From the NCBI GenBank assembly GCA_963823035.1, contig CAWGKG010000014.1, positions 416,001 through 480,000 on the forward strand: a DNA stretch of 64,000 bases, given 5' to 3'. The first letter of the stretch is position 1. The number at the start of each line of letters is the position of its first letter. The notes beneath the pieces are model-generated. The model worked only from the letters and a program-made list of their open reading frames with translations. It made no database searches and had not been told where the DNA came from. Shown here piece after piece: positions 20,589 to 34,603 of the stretch. The stretch comes from an uncultured Gemmatimonadales bacterium. Its GTDB lineage: Bacteria > Gemmatimonadota > Gemmatimonadetes > Longimicrobiales > Gaopeijiaceae. A program made the position numbers and the translations under genes.

Positions 20589-21457
20589 TCACTCCGCCGG
20601 CTTCTCGCCCAGCCTGTCGAACTCCTCGATGAGCTGCGCCTCGGGGATGCCCTGTGCCTCCTCCTCGGAGACCTCCTCCACCTCGGCGTCGCGCACCTTC
20701 TGATCCGCGGACTCCGCCTTCGAGCTCACCCGGGGTGAGCTGCTTGGCCTCCTCTCCGCTGGACGACGACGCGGGGAGCAGGCCCATCTCCTGCTTGAGC
20801 GCGGCCAGCTTCGCCTCCACGTCGGCGCCGCCCGGGCCCGCTTCGAGGCGCACGAACTCCTTCTCGAGCGAGTCGCCGACAAGCGCCTCGGTGACCTCGG
20901 CCTGCGCGATGTTCCTGCGCTCCTCCTCCTCGATCTTGTCCGCCATCCGGTTGAAGGCCTCGAAGGCCGACGTGTCGGACAGCCCGGACATGCGTGTCGT
21001 GGATCCGGCGCTGGGCCTGTGCGCGCTTCTGCTTGGCGATCAGGAGATTCCGCTTGCGCTTGGCCTCCTCGATCTTGTCGTTGAGCTGGCGCAGCGATCC
21101 CTTGAGCTTCTCGGTCTCGCCGGCCTGCGCCTGCCAGGTCTGCTGCAGCACCTGCACGCGCTCGCCGTGCTCCTGCTGCCGGATCAGCGCCTGCTTGGCC
21201 AGGTCGTCGCGTCCCTCGCGCACCGCCAGCATCGCCCGATGCTCCCAGTCGCGGGCCTGCTTAGCCTCGTCCTCGAGCTGCGATTTCAGCTTGCGCTCGT
21301 CCGCGATGGCCGCGGCCACCTCCCGCTTTGCCTTCGCCAGCTGATCCCGCATGTCCAGGATGATCTGGTTCAGCATCTTCTCGGGATTCTCGGCCCGGGA
21401 GATGAGGTCGTTGATGTTCGACTTGATCACCGTGGACAGCTTGGAAATGATGCCCAT
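20589..21457 (-). CDS. pspA: PspA/IM30 family protein (apparent frameshifts near 20995 and 20725)
   Basis: MGIISKLSTVIKSNINDLISRAENPEKMLNQIILDM; coiled coil; AFNRMADKI. Confidence 0.9.
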
Positions 21458-21462
21458 GTCGC

Positions 21463-21864
21463 TCAGCCCTCCGCCTCTGCGCCCGCCAGCGAGCGGATGC
21501 GTTCCATGTGTCCCGTCGCCGCCAGCTCCATCGATTCGATGGACGCCTGCAACTCCAGGAAGTCCAGCGTCTCGAGCTCGAGCGTGTCCGTGAGGATCAG
21601 CTCGTTCGCTTCGAGCCCGTAGGCTCCGTGCACCACGTCGGAGGCGTTCAGCTCGAGCAGCGTGCGGTACAGCTCCATCGCGCCGTCGCCGAGCTCGGGC
21701 AGGTCCATGAGCTTCATGCGGATCAGGAGGAGCGCGTCGGCGTGATGGACCACCATGGGGAGGCCGCTGTTGCGCCCCCGCACGAGGTACATCCCGTTGT
21801 CGACCTCCTCGTACTCCACATCCATGCGGATGAAGAAGCTCTCGAGATCCTCTCGGGTAACCAT
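21463..21864 (-). CDS. CesT/YbjN-like type III chaperone-fold protein
   Basis: Small acidic protein with LYRTLLELNA...HGAYGL...LTDTLELETLD. Confidence 0.7.
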   Translation of the reverse strand: MVTREDLESFFIRMDVEYEEVDNGMYLVRGRNSGLPMVVHHADALLLIRMKLMDLPELGDGAMELYRTLLELNASDVVHGAYGLEANELILTDTLELETLDFLELQASIESMELAATGHMERIRSLAGAEAEG

Positions 21865-21980
21865 GACCGTCTCCGTTCTCTGGGCCTCCGCGGGGCGGAA
21901 GCGGTCCTCTTTTCGATTCGCCGGACCCTACGACCCCACCGGGAAAGCGGTTTCCCGTGCGGGAAACCCGGTCGCTGAAA

Positions 21981-24866
<2,886 letters not shown>

Positions 24867-24874
24867 AGCCTGGT

Positions 24875-24903
24875 ATTGTACCGAGGGAGGAGGGGCCGTT
24901 CAA
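24875..24903 (-). promoter_or_regulatory. Near-consensus sigma70 promoter of uvrA (leaderless or very short leader)
   Basis: TTGAAC-17 nt-TACAAT, 8 nt before ATG, no SD. Confidence 0.75.
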
Positions 24904-25071
24904 TCCGCGGATGCGGGTCGCGGCGAGGCACCCGTCGGCGCCGACGGGTGCGGGGGAGTGCCCTACACGGGGTAGGGGGGATGGCCCGACACCCTGCCGG
25001 GCCGGGGGCCCCTACGTTGAGCGTGGGAAGTTCTGCTTCGTGGGAAGGTCCGCTTCCAAGGAGAGATACCC

Positions 25072-26001
25072 ATGCTCCGGTCTCTCGTGGTCCCCCTCGA
25101 CGGGTCCGAGTTCAGCGAGCGAACGCTCCCCCTGGCGGGCAGGCTCGCCGCCGCCACCGGCGCGGCGCTCCACCTGGCCCACGTGCACGTTTCGCACCCC
25201 CCCGACCAGCTCCTCTCGAACACGCAGTTCCACTTCGAGGGGTTGGACATGGAGGAGTACAACGCCCGCCACCGCTCCGAGGAGCTCGACTACCTGGCCC
25301 GGCTCGGCTCGTCGGTGGGCAACGGCACGCACGTCGACACCACGCTCCTCGAAGGGAACGTAGCGGAGGAGATCGCCGCCTACGCTTCCTCCGTGGGCGC
25401 CGACATGGTGCTCATCACCACGCACGGCCACACGGGCGTGAGCCGCATGTGGCTCGGCAGCGTGGCGGACGCGCTCGTGCGCATGACCACGCTTCCCCTG
25501 CTGGTGATCCATCCCGCCCACGGGGGCCACATCCCGGGAGACGTCACCTCCTTCGGGCACATCCTGGTGCCGCTGGACGGCTCCGAGCTGTCGGCGACCA
25601 TCCTGGAGCCGGCCACCGAGCTGGCCCGGGCCGCCGGTGCGCGCATCACCCTGGTGCACGTGGTGAGCTCGTCGGCCGTCCTCGGCACGCGCATCTTCCC
25701 GCTCCTCCCGGACGACGTCGCGCCCGCGATCGAGAAGGCGCACACCTACCTCGAGGGCGTGGCGGAAGAGCTGCGCGAGGGGGGGCTGGAGGTCGCGGTC
25801 CACGTGGAGGAGCACGACGCGCCCGGGCGCGCCATCGCCGGCATCGCGGACAAGCTGGATGCCGACCTCATCGCCCTGGCCACGCACGGCTACGGAGGGC
25901 TGAAGCGGGCGCTCCTGGGGAGCGTGGCCGACAAGGTGCTGCGCGGCAGTCCACTCCCGCTGTTGGTGCAACGCCCAGGGACCGAGCAGGCGTCTCAGTA
26001 G
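25072..26001 (+). CDS. Universal stress protein with two USP domains
   Basis: VPLDGS twice; THG..G...LGSVAD twice; AAGGAG RBS. Confidence 0.93.
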   Translation: MLRSLVVPLDGSEFSERTLPLAGRLAAATGAALHLAHVHVSHPPDQLLSNTQFHFEGLDMEEYNARHRSEELDYLARLGSSVGNGTHVDTTLLEGNVAEEIAAYASSVGADMVLITTHGHTGVSRMWLGSVADALVRMTTLPLLVIHPAHGGHIPGDVTSFGHILVPLDGSELSATILEPATELARAAGARITLVHVVSSSAVLGTRIFPLLPDDVAPAIEKAHTYLEGVAEELREGGLEVAVHVEEHDAPGRAIAGIADKLDADLIALATHGYGGLKRALLGSVADKVLRGSPLPLLVQRPGTEQASQ

Positions 26002-29000
26002 CCCCATTCCCGGAAGATGAACACGCCCAGGATCTTCTGGGACCGGTTGAGTTGGCCGAGCGCGCCGAGGTTGGTCCTCAGGAAGGCGTCCTCCCAGAAC
26101 GCCTGGAAGTTGTAGTCGTCGGTCATCGCGACCTCCACGCGCGCCCCGCCGAAGGCGTTGTTGGCGGCCCCTGACTGCTCCGAGGGCGTGCGGAAGATCA
26201 GCACGACGAAGACGTCCTCACCGAGGTACTGGCCGAACTCGAACTGCGTGCCGCCGAGGAAGGACGAGTTCACCGCGCCCGACGCGACCCCGTAGTCGCC
26301 CAGCGTCGTGATGTTCAGGTAGTCGAGCCCGATCTGCTGCGACAGGACCGCGCCGATGCGCGTGGCGAGCGTGCCCGTCGCGTAGTTGACCGTGGCGCCC
26401 AGGGCCGCCGTCCCGACGCCGCCCTGCCCGGCGGTGACCAGCTGGGAGCTCGGACGCCCGAAGATCAGATAGCTGACGAGGTCGGACTGCGCGACGCCCT
26501 GTTCGTCGGTCGAGAGGGTGACCCGCGGCTGCGTGAGCGTGCCCGAGACGGTGGCCGTCACCTCGAGGGGAATCAGCTCCATCCGTCGCACGCGGGACAC
26601 CGCCTCGATGTCGAGCGTCGGGTTGATCCCGGACGTGCCGATGAAGCCCACCGTCCCGCTCTGCACGTCGAAGCGGCGGCCGAGCACCGTGTACGAACCC
26701 CGGAGCGCCTGGAGGTCGCCCACCAGGACCACGTCGCGTTGCGAGCGGTCGTAGCTCACGATGAGGTCGCCCCCCATCTCCACGTTCATCTCCTCGGAGC
26801 GGAGCCAGGCGTTGCGGGGCACCGACATGTCGACGTTGGCGCGCAGGTTCTGCAGGAAGGGGTTGTCGAGGCCCACGAGGAGCGGCCGCCCGGAGAGCGC
26901 CGTGGTGTCCACCAGCGCCGGGAAGCGCGGGTCACTGAGGTCCACGACCTCGGCGCTGCGCGCGAACTCCTCCAGGAAGAGCGTGCCGTGGTCCACGCTG
27001 AGGCTGCCGGTCAGGAGCGGCTTCCGATAGGACTCTCCGAGGTGGACCTGGCCGCTGATGTTGCCTTCCACGTCGCGGCGGCCCACGGCCTGGAAGTTGT
27101 CGAAGGTGGCCGTCAGGTCCAGCTTCGGATCCGCGAGCGGCTCGAGCGTGACCTGACCTTCGATCGTCGACGAGCCCCCCGCTCGGCTGGTCAGCTTCAC
27201 GTCGACCGTGCGGTTCGCGTTGAGGGTGGCCGTCCCGTCGATCGCGCTGTACCGCACGCCGAGCGCCTCGATCGACCACGCGCCGTTCAGGAGGTGAACG
27301 ACGCCCGAGGGCTCCGGGCTGTCCAGCGTGCCGCCGATCTGGAAGTCGCCCGACACGACGCCGGTCACGTCCTCCAGCGCGTCCAGGTAGCTCAGCGCCA
27401 CGGCCGCATCGAGCGAGTCCGCCACGACCCGGACGTCCATGGGACGATCGACCACGCGGCGCGCTTCCGTGTCGAGGGCCAGGTTGATCGGCACCGTCCC
27501 GGAGGCGCGGAAGACCCGCCGACCCTCGTCGGTGGCGTCCAGCCGCACGCGCGCCTCCTGTTCCCGGTAGCTCAGCTCCCCGGAGATCGCACCCATCGAC
27601 AGCGTCCGGTAGCGCGGCTCCTGGATCGCAAAGGACCCCTCGATGACCGGATCGGTGGCCGGTCCCGTCACCTGCAGGCCCAGGTCCAGGTGCCCGGCCA
27701 CCCGCAGGTCCTCGAGCTGGGCGACGTGCGCGAGCCGCTCCACGTGCAGCCCGTTCGCGTCGACGCGCAGGTCGGACGATCCGGCCCACGCCAACGTGCC
27801 GTCCGCGGTCACGCTCATCGGGTCCTCGCCCTCGCGGGTGAACGACACGCCGCGCACCGTCACCTGACCCGTGCTCCACGTCACCGTGGCGGGCTGCGTC
27901 AGGTGCCACGCGAGCGAATCCACCGCGAAGGTCGCCCGCTCCAGGTGTGCCTCCCCTCCCCCGAGCGTGTCGAGCGCGAAGGAGCCGTCCGTCCGGTAGC
28001 GCTCCTCCCCGCTTCGGGTCACGTTCACCGTGCCCTCTCCCGCACGCCCGTGCACGGTCAGGTCGGCCGCCACGTCCTCGAAGGAGCGTCCCTTCCACTC
28101 GAGCGTCCGGGCGTTCAGGCCGACCTGACCCTCGCGGTCGGCCGAGCGCACCCGTTGCATGTCGACCACGAACTCGGCGCGCTCCACGTGGTCCATCCCG
28201 TAGACGCCCTCGCGCACCGTGGCGGATCCGACCACGTCGAGGAGGTCCAGCGACCCGGAGAGCGTCACTTCCCCCTCCACCGCTCCGGACATCGCCACCT
28301 CGGCCCGCGTGGGGAGCGTGTCCGGGTCGACGCCCTGCATGCGCAGCAGCTCCAACTCCACGGAGCCGAGCGTATCGCGCGCCGTGACCACGTCTCCACG
28401 GAAGATGGACCGGAGCCCCTCGAGGTCGTCCGTCCGGAATGCCACCCGCGCCTCGGCGCGCGCGTCGCGGCTCAGGCCGAGGCCGCCACCACCGGAGACA
28501 TGGACGCCGCCGAGGTCGGCGAGGAGCGTGTCCACCGTGAGGATGCCGCCGGCCGCGGAGAGCTCGGCGGAAACGGTGTCCACGTGCAGGCCGCCGATGC
28601 GCGACGCGGACGCGGTCAGCGAGGCGCGCGCGGCCAGGGAGTCCGCATGGATCCCCCGCCCCTCGAGGAAGACGTGCCCCGACCAGACCGTGGGGTCGGG
28701 GAGCCCGCGGACGAAGCGCGAGAGGGTCACGTCTTCGAGGCGCGCGTCCAGGCGGTAGCCGGACCCCACCGCCATGGCGTCGAGGCGGCCGTCCACCGTG
28801 GCCGTGCCGCCGCCCACAGAGAGCCCGCCCGTGACGCGCAGGTCGTCGAGCGGGCCGACCGTCCGCACGGAGCCGGTCACGTCGCCGTCGAGGTCGAGCC
28901 CGGGCGCCACGCCGCGGAGGAGCCCGAGCGAGAGGGGCGAGAGATCGCCCTGGATGTCGGTCACCCACCGTCCCGGCTCGGCGCGTCGCACCGATCCATG

Positions 29001-30446
29001 CGCCCGCACGCGCGACTGGACGGCGGGATCGAGGCGATGGGCGATGTCGGCGGTGAAGCGCAGGCCGTCGTCGATCCGGCCGGCCGCGTCCACCTCCAGG
29101 GAGCCCGTCCCCGACAGGTGCGCGGCGGGGAGCAGCGCACCGAGCGTCTCGTAGTCGAGCGGATCGAGGAGGGCGTGGAAGTCCGAGAGCCCCGGGTCGC
29201 TCGCCACCCGCACGGTCCCCCGGAAGTCCGCCGTGGTGGGGCCCGCCCCGTAGCCCGTCGCCACGAAGGTGACGCGTCCCTCCGTGGCCAGCGCCTGGAG
29301 GCGCCCGGAGAGGCGCACGCGGCCGCTCAGCCACCCGTCCAACGGGATCTTCCGCCCCAGCCACGGCTCCAGCCGCCGAACGGACAACGGGCTCGCCCGC
29401 ACGTCGAGGTCGTGGAGGATCGTGGCGTCCCCGACTTCGACGCCGCCGTCGACCCGGAGACGGCTCGCCTCGAGCTGGACGTCCACCGCGCGCAGCCGCA
29501 CGGACACGGCGTCGCCGGTCGACACGGCGAGCGCGCCGGAGAAGCGCCCCGAGGGAATCCTGTCGTCCAGCCAGGAGAGGTCGGCGAGCGAAGCCGCGCC
29601 GCGGGTCCGCAGGTCGAGGTCGAGGCCCCACCCCTCCACACCCCGTGGGCCGAGCGCCAGGGTCCCGTCGAACGCCGATCCGGGAGCCCGGAAGACGGCG
29701 GAGTCCACCCTCAGGCCCTGGTCGCCGAACGTGAGGTGCCCCGCTACCTCGTCCACGCGGAGCGTTCGATCGAGGAGCGAGAGGTCCGTCGACAGCGCGC
29801 TCAGCCGCGCAGCGAAGAGCTGCTCGGAGCCGGGCCGGAGGACGACGTCCCGCAGCGTGGCCTCGAGGCGCTCCAGCCCCAGGCGGCGCAACCGCCCCTC
29901 GCCGTCGGGGGCCTCTACGGTGGGCACCCTGGGGGAGACGTCGCGCCCGGCGGGCAGGAGCACCTCGACCAGGCCGCCCCGGATCTCCACGCTCTGCAGC
30001 GTGACCGGCGTGCCGGGCACGCGGGCGCTGTCCGCGAGGGCGCGGTCCACGGTCAGGTGGGCGACGTTGGCCTCCTCCTCCCCGGCGTAGCGGGTGATCT
30101 GGACATGCGGTCCGTACACGGTGAGCGCCGCGATGCGGGGGGTGCCGCTCACCAGGCGCAGGAGGGAGTAGTGGACGCGCACGGAATCGGCGTCGAGGAA
30201 CGGACGGCCGCCCTCCGCGGTGAGATGCACGCCGACGAGCACGGCGCCCGCGAGGAGGGTGGGGCTGCGCACGCTGTCCACGGTGAGCGTGCCGGCCAGC
30301 CCGCCGCGCACCCGGTCGAGCACGAAGCCGAGGACCGCGCGCTGCCCCGGCCGGGAGTTCACGAGGGCGGTCGCCACGGCGGCCAACAGCACGATCACCA
30401 CGGCCACCGCCACCAGGAGCCTCCATCCCCACCGCCGGGCGGCCAT
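25995..30446 (-). CDS. tamB: Translocation/assembly module TamB (AsmA-like)
   Basis: N-terminal TM anchor, long beta-rich body, C-terminal DUF490-like region; adjacent to an Omp85 gene. Confidence 0.85.
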   Translation of the reverse strand: MAARRWGWRLLVAVAVVIVLLAAVATALVNSRPGQRAVLGFVLDRVRGGLAGTLTVDSVRSPTLLAGAVLVGVHLTAEGGRPFLDADSVRVHYSLLRLVSGTPRIAALTVYGPHVQITRYAGEEEANVAHLTVDRALADSARVPGTPVTLQSVEIRGGLVEVLLPAGRDVSPRVPTVEAPDGEGRLRRLGLERLEATLRDVVLRPGSEQLFAARLSALSTDLSLLDRTLRVDEVAGHLTFGDQGLRVDSAVFRAPGSAFDGTLALGPRGVEGWGLDLDLRTRGAASLADLSWLDDRIPSGRFSGALAVSTGDAVSVRLRAVDVQLEASRLRVDGGVEVGDATILHDLDVRASPLSVRRLEPWLGRKIPLDGWLSGRVRLSGRLQALATEGRVTFVATGYGAGPTTADFRGTVRVASDPGLSDFHALLDPLDYETLGALLPAAHLSGTGSLEVDAAGRIDDGLRFTADIAHRLDPAVQSRVRAHGSVRRAEPGRWVTDIQGDLSPLSLGLLRGVAPGLDLDGDVTGSVRTVGPLDDLRVTGGLSVGGGTATVDGRLDAMAVGSGYRLDARLEDVTLSRFVRGLPDPTVWSGHVFLEGRGIHADSLAARASLTASASRIGGLHVDTVSAELSAAGGILTVDTLLADLGGVHVSGGGGLGLSRDARAEARVAFRTDDLEGLRSIFRGDVVTARDTLGSVELELLRMQGVDPDTLPTRAEVAMSGAVEGEVTLSGSLDLLDVVGSATVREGVYGMDHVERAEFVVDMQRVRSADREGQVGLNARTLEWKGRSFEDVAADLTVHGRAGEGTVNVTRSGEERYRTDGSFALDTLGGGEAHLERATFAVDSLAWHLTQPATVTWSTGQVTVRGVSFTREGEDPMSVTADGTLAWAGSSDLRVDANGLHVERLAHVAQLEDLRVAGHLDLGLQVTGPATDPVIEGSFAIQEPRYRTLSMGAISGELSYREQEARVRLDATDEGRRVFRASGTVPINLALDTEARRVVDRPMDVRVVADSLDAAVALSYLDALEDVTGVVSGDFQIGGTLDSPEPSGVVHLLNGAWSIEALGVRYSAIDGTATLNANRTVDVKLTSRAGGSSTIEGQVTLEPLADPKLDLTATFDNFQAVGRRDVEGNISGQVHLGESYRKPLLTGSLSVDHGTLFLEEFARSAEVVDLSDPRFPALVDTTALSGRPLLVGLDNPFLQNLRANVDMSVPRNAWLRSEEMNVEMGGDLIVSYDRSQRDVVLVGDLQALRGSYTVLGRRFDVQSGTVGFIGTSGINPTLDIEAVSRVRRMELIPLEVTATVSGTLTQPRVTLSTDEQGVAQSDLVSYLIFGRPSSQLVTAGQGGVGTAALGATVNYATGTLATRIGAVLSQQIGLDYLNITTLGDYGVASGAVNSSFLGGTQFEFGQYLGEDVFVVLIFRTPSEQSGAANNAFGGARVEVAMTDDYNFQAFWEDAFLRTNLGALGQLNRSQKILGVFIFREWGY

Positions 30447-32719
30447 CAGAACGCCTGGCCGATCGAAAGGTGGAGCTGCAGTCGGCTCAACGACCAGGGG
30501 TCGGACGCGCCATAGAGCACGCGGGGGCCGAGCACGGCGAGCGCCCCGCTCTTCACCCACGGCTGGTACGCGCCGCCGTTCCACTGGAGCCTGTCGTCCG
30601 GGGCATCGACGCCGGGCTAGTACGGCCGGATCTGGTCCGTCACGACCGCCAGCTCCTCGCCGCTGCGGAAGCGGTACGCGAGATCCAGGCGTAGGGGCCC
30701 GATCGGGCTCATGTACCGCACCCCGAGGCCCGGACTCACCTCGATGTCGCCGAGGGAGACCGACTGCGTCGCGTTCCACACCTGGCCGAAGTCCGTGAAC
30801 ACGGCGCCCTCGACCTTCCCCCCGAGGAGGACGCGCACCTCCAGGTTGCCCTCGAGCACACGCGTGCCTCCCGTGGCGCGGGGGGTGAAAGTACCGCTCG
30901 GAAGGGCCGAGGCATCGCAGGTGAGGGACGCGACCTCTTCCGGCGTGCACACGCTCGTATGCGTTGGCGTGGAGGCGGTGTCCAGCAGCGCGGTCACCTC
31001 CCTCACGAAGAGGACGCGGGGCCCCAGACGGCTCTGCGGAAAGCCGCGCACGGAGTTCGCGCCGCCCGCGTAGAACCGCTTCTGGGGATGCACGATATCC
31101 GCGGTGGACGGCTGACCCAGGAGGCCCTCGAAGCCGCCCGCGCCCACCCAGCCGAGGCGCAGCCTGCCCGCCAGGATCGATCGATCCGTGAGCCGCGCAT
31201 AGCGCGACCCCTCGGTGACCACCCTGGAATAGGAGAAGCGCGACCCGGTGAAGGCCTCCGCGTGCTCCAGGTCGACGAGCAGCTGGTAGCCCCGGGTCGG
31301 GTTCAGGAGGTTGTCGGTCGTGGCGCGCGTGAACGTCAGCCCGATGGGCGCGAGCCACTGTGCGCTCTGAAGCTCGGCGATGTCCTCGCGCGTGCACACC
31401 AGGAAGGTCGAGCACACGAGCGGCTCGGCGGCGTCCAGGCTGGAGCGCTCGGGGCGGTAGGAGAGCGTGAGGGGCGTGCGCGGTCCGATGTTGCGGGTGA
31501 GCGCGAGCTGGAGACCCACGGCCGTGCGCACGAACGCGTCCGGAAGGCTCTGGCGCTCCGCGTAGAGCGAAGCCTGGAACGAGTTGCGCGTCGAGAAGAT
31601 CCACGGCTGGGAAAAGTCCGCGGACACCAGCCAGTTCGGCTTGAAGAAGCGCGCGTCGCGCGTTCCGGGATCACAGAACAAGCCCTGGAATTCCTGGGCG
31701 AGAACGTTCGACACGCGTCCGCGCACCTGGAGCCTGCGCCCACCGCCCATGAAGTCCCGGCTCACCCAGCGCGACTCCACGTCGAGGCATTCGTTGCTGC
31801 TCCAACCCGTACCGGCCCGCACGCGGTGCAGGTCGCCCTCCGTGAGCTGGACGGTGACCGGCACGATCGAGTCCTGCCCGCTCCCGTAATCCGGGAGGAT
31901 GCTCGCCGAGCGCAGGATCTCGAGGCCGAAGAGCCGGGCCTGCGCCTCCTGGAGCTGATCGACGCGGTAGACGTCGCCCGCCCGGAACTGGAGCGTGCGC
32001 AGCACCGTCGACTCGCTCAGGTTGTGGTTGCCCTCGATCGTGATGTGCCCGTAGCGGCTTCGCGGTCCCGGCGCGACGTCGTAGGTGAGGCGCGCCTCGT
32101 ACGAGCCCCGTGGGATGAACGAGCTGAGCAGGACCTCGGCGCGCGCGTATCCCCGGTTCGCGAGCCGGTGCGTGAGGGTGTCCCGCGCGGCGTCGACCAC
32201 CAGCGCGTTGTACGCCTCTCCCTGACCGATCGGCAGCCCCCGCGTGAGGCCCGCGTCGAAGTCTTCCGTGCCGAAGAACTCGATCGTGTCCACGAGCACC
32301 GGCCGCCCCTCGTCCACGTGGAAGGTCACCGTGGTCGTGCCGTCCGGCCGGAGCGTGGTGGCGGTGTCGATCACGGCTTCGCGATAGCCGCGGATGAAGT
32401 ACCACCGCTCCAGCCGGATCCGGTCGAGGGGGAACTCCCGCCTCGGAAGGTACTCCCGCTGGAGGGCGAACTCGGCGCCGGCGAAGCACAGGAGGGCGAT
32501 CTTGTACACGACCGAGCGGCACTCCGTCTCCCTCGTCACGATCGCGCGGGCGAGCGAGTCGGACGGGAAGATCTCGTTGCCTTCGAAGCGGACCTCCCTG
32601 ACCTCGAGGCGGGCGAGCTGAGCGCGCGCCGGCGACGCGTCCGTCGCCAACACGAGGCCGACCAGGGCGAGCGCCCCGGCCGCCTTCCCCACGACCGAGG
32701 ACAGCCGCCGCGTCCTCAA
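30446..32719 (-). CDS. tamA: BamA/TamA (Omp85) outer membrane protein (apparent frameshift near 30625)
   Basis: POTRA repeats, RFYAGGANSVRGF, SPIGPLRLD, C-terminus LHLSIGQAF in the second frame. Confidence 0.88.
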
Positions 32720-32877
32720 GCTCCGCCGTCGCCCCGGTCCAGCGGCTCGCGCGCCAGGAAGAGGCGCACCACGTAGAACGCCGCCATCCCCACGCCGAAC
32801 CCCAGCGTGGTGGCGACCAGCGCGGCAGCCGCGGTGTCCCTCCGTTCGGGCCGGAGGCGGATCCAGCGCTTCTTCAT
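32716..32877 (-). CDS. Small hypothetical single-TM protein (53 aa)
   Basis: MKKRWIRLRP...ALVATTLGFGVGMAAFYVVRLFL; 4-nt overlaps with both neighbours; GGAG RBS. Confidence 0.6.
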   Translation of the reverse strand: MKKRWIRLRPERRDTAAAALVATTLGFGVGMAAFYVVRLFLAREPLDRGDGGA

Positions 32878-33717
32878 CGTCCGCTCCCCCCGACGTCCGT
32901 CACCCACCCCGAGGGCAGCGGGAGCGTTCGTGGCTCGCCGGACACGAAGCGCGCGGATCCTGCGTCGAGGCGGTGCGGCACGACTTCCACGACGTCGCGC
33001 TCCAGCCTGACGACGGCGAGCGTGTTGTGGCCGGCCTCCACCCCACGCCCCCGCGACGACGCGGTGGTCCCGCACGCCACGAGCGGGATGCCCGGGCCGT
33101 CCCCGTCCACCAGGGCCCGGGAGGTGGAGATGTGCGTCTGGTGCACGTGGCCCCCGAGCACGAGGTCCACCTCCATCGCCTCGAAGGCCTCCAGGAGCCG
33201 GCGCGCGTGCGGCAGCGGGCTTCCCCCACGTTCGTCCGGCGTGGGCACGAAGTGGTGGTGCACCACGAGGATGCGGGCGTCGCCGGCCGGGGTGGGCGTG
33301 AAAGCCGAGCGCGCGAAGTCGACCTGCGCGGGGTCGATCCTCCCCGCCACGATCGCACGCCGGGGCGCGGAGGAGTTCAGCGCCACCACCGTGGCGCCAT
33401 CCAGACGCAGCACCGTGTCGAGCTCCGGGGAGACGAAGCGCCGCCAGTTCCGATAGGGGTCGAGCAGGCGCTCCCAGAAGCGGTAGAGCGGTACATCGTG
33501 GTTGCCCGGGGTGACGACCACGGGGGTCCCTGCGGGGAGCGCGTCCAGCAGGGCCCGCGCGGTGCGGAATTCCGAGGGCTTGGCGCGCTGCGTAAGATCT
33601 CCCGAAACGACCACGACGTCGGGCGTCGAGCGCGCGGGCGAGCTCGAGGAACGCCTCCGCCACGGAGGGCCTGTAGGGCTTGCCCACCTGCAGGTCGGAG
33701 CCGTGGAGGATCAGCAC
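32874..33717 (-). CDS. Calcineurin-like metallophosphoesterase (apparent frameshift near 33625)
   Basis: SDLQ, SGDLT, PGNHD, HH and GHVH motifs. Confidence 0.88.
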
Positions 33718-33727
33718 GCCCAGCCTC

Positions 33728-34591
33728 CTACCGGGCCGCGCGGGCCGCGGGCTCGGACCGGGGGGCGCCGCGCAGGCGGGTCATGCCGACCAGCCCGACG
33801 GCGACGATCGCGACGCTGATCATCTGCGCCAGCGTGAACATCCCGACGAAGCGGTCGTCCTTGGCGCGGAAGAACTCGACGATGAAGCGCTCGGTGCCGG
33901 CCAGCGCGAGCCACACCATGAACAGCCATCCGGGGCGGTGCTTGTGCCCGTGGATCCTCCACAGGAAGAGGAAGATCAACGTGGACATGCCCACCTCGTA
34001 GAGCTGCGTCGGGTGCACCGGCACGACCTGACCGTACTTCTCGATCAGCGCCGGGTCGACGGTGAGCCCGAACTGGCGCTGGATCTCGGTGACGGTGGTG
34101 GGCGGCGTCCCCTGCGGGAAGCGGATGCCCACCCACGAATCCGTGGGCCGGCCCCAGTCGTCACCGACCATGAAGCACCCGATGCGGCCGACCGCGTAGG
34201 CGATCGCGAGCGGCGCGGCCACCGCGTCCGCCATCTGTCCCAGGGGGAGCTTGCTGCGCCGAATCTCCCAGACGATGAGCGCGGTAGCGCCCAGGAAGCC
34301 GCCGTACCACACCAGTCCCCCGCGCGAGAAGATCAGCGAGGCCGGATCCTCCATCAGGCGCGGCCAGTTGAGCAGCACGTAGTAGATCTTCGCGCCCAGG
34401 ATGCCCCCGATCACGGCCATGAAGACGAAGTCCCATGCCTTCTCGGGGTCGTAGCCCAGGCGGGCGAGCTCCGCCCGGCACGCATAGCCCCCCGTCACGA
34501 ACGCCAGCAGCATGAAGACGCCGAACGTGGTGATCGGCTGGCCGCCGAGGAGGGGGATCCATTCCGGGAGTCTGAACAGGAGGGGATGCAT
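33728..34591 (-). CDS. lgt: Prolipoprotein diacylglyceryl transferase
   Basis: GGLVWYGG, GRIGCF, HPTQLYE, RFIVEFFR. Confidence 0.95.
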   Translation of the reverse strand: MHPLLFRLPEWIPLLGGQPITTFGVFMLLAFVTGGYACRAELARLGYDPEKAWDFVFMAVIGGILGAKIYYVLLNWPRLMEDPASLIFSRGGLVWYGGFLGATALIVWEIRRSKLPLGQMADAVAAPLAIAYAVGRIGCFMVGDDWGRPTDSWVGIRFPQGTPPTTVTEIQRQFGLTVDPALIEKYGQVVPVHPTQLYEVGMSTLIFLFLWRIHGHKHRPGWLFMVWLALAGTERFIVEFFRAKDDRFVGMFTLAQMISVAIVAVGLVGMTRLRGAPRSEPAARAAR

Positions 34592-34603
34592 CGGCTGTCC
34601 GGG

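Noticed and set aside
25995..31604. 1869-aa giant ORF and other very long antisense or alternate-frame ORFs (e.g. 21957-26174, 33680-37189, 60630-63680)
   Set aside because: Shadow ORFs of a high-GC genome: Arg/Pro/Gly-rich, no motifs, overlapping clear genes. TamB starts at 30446.
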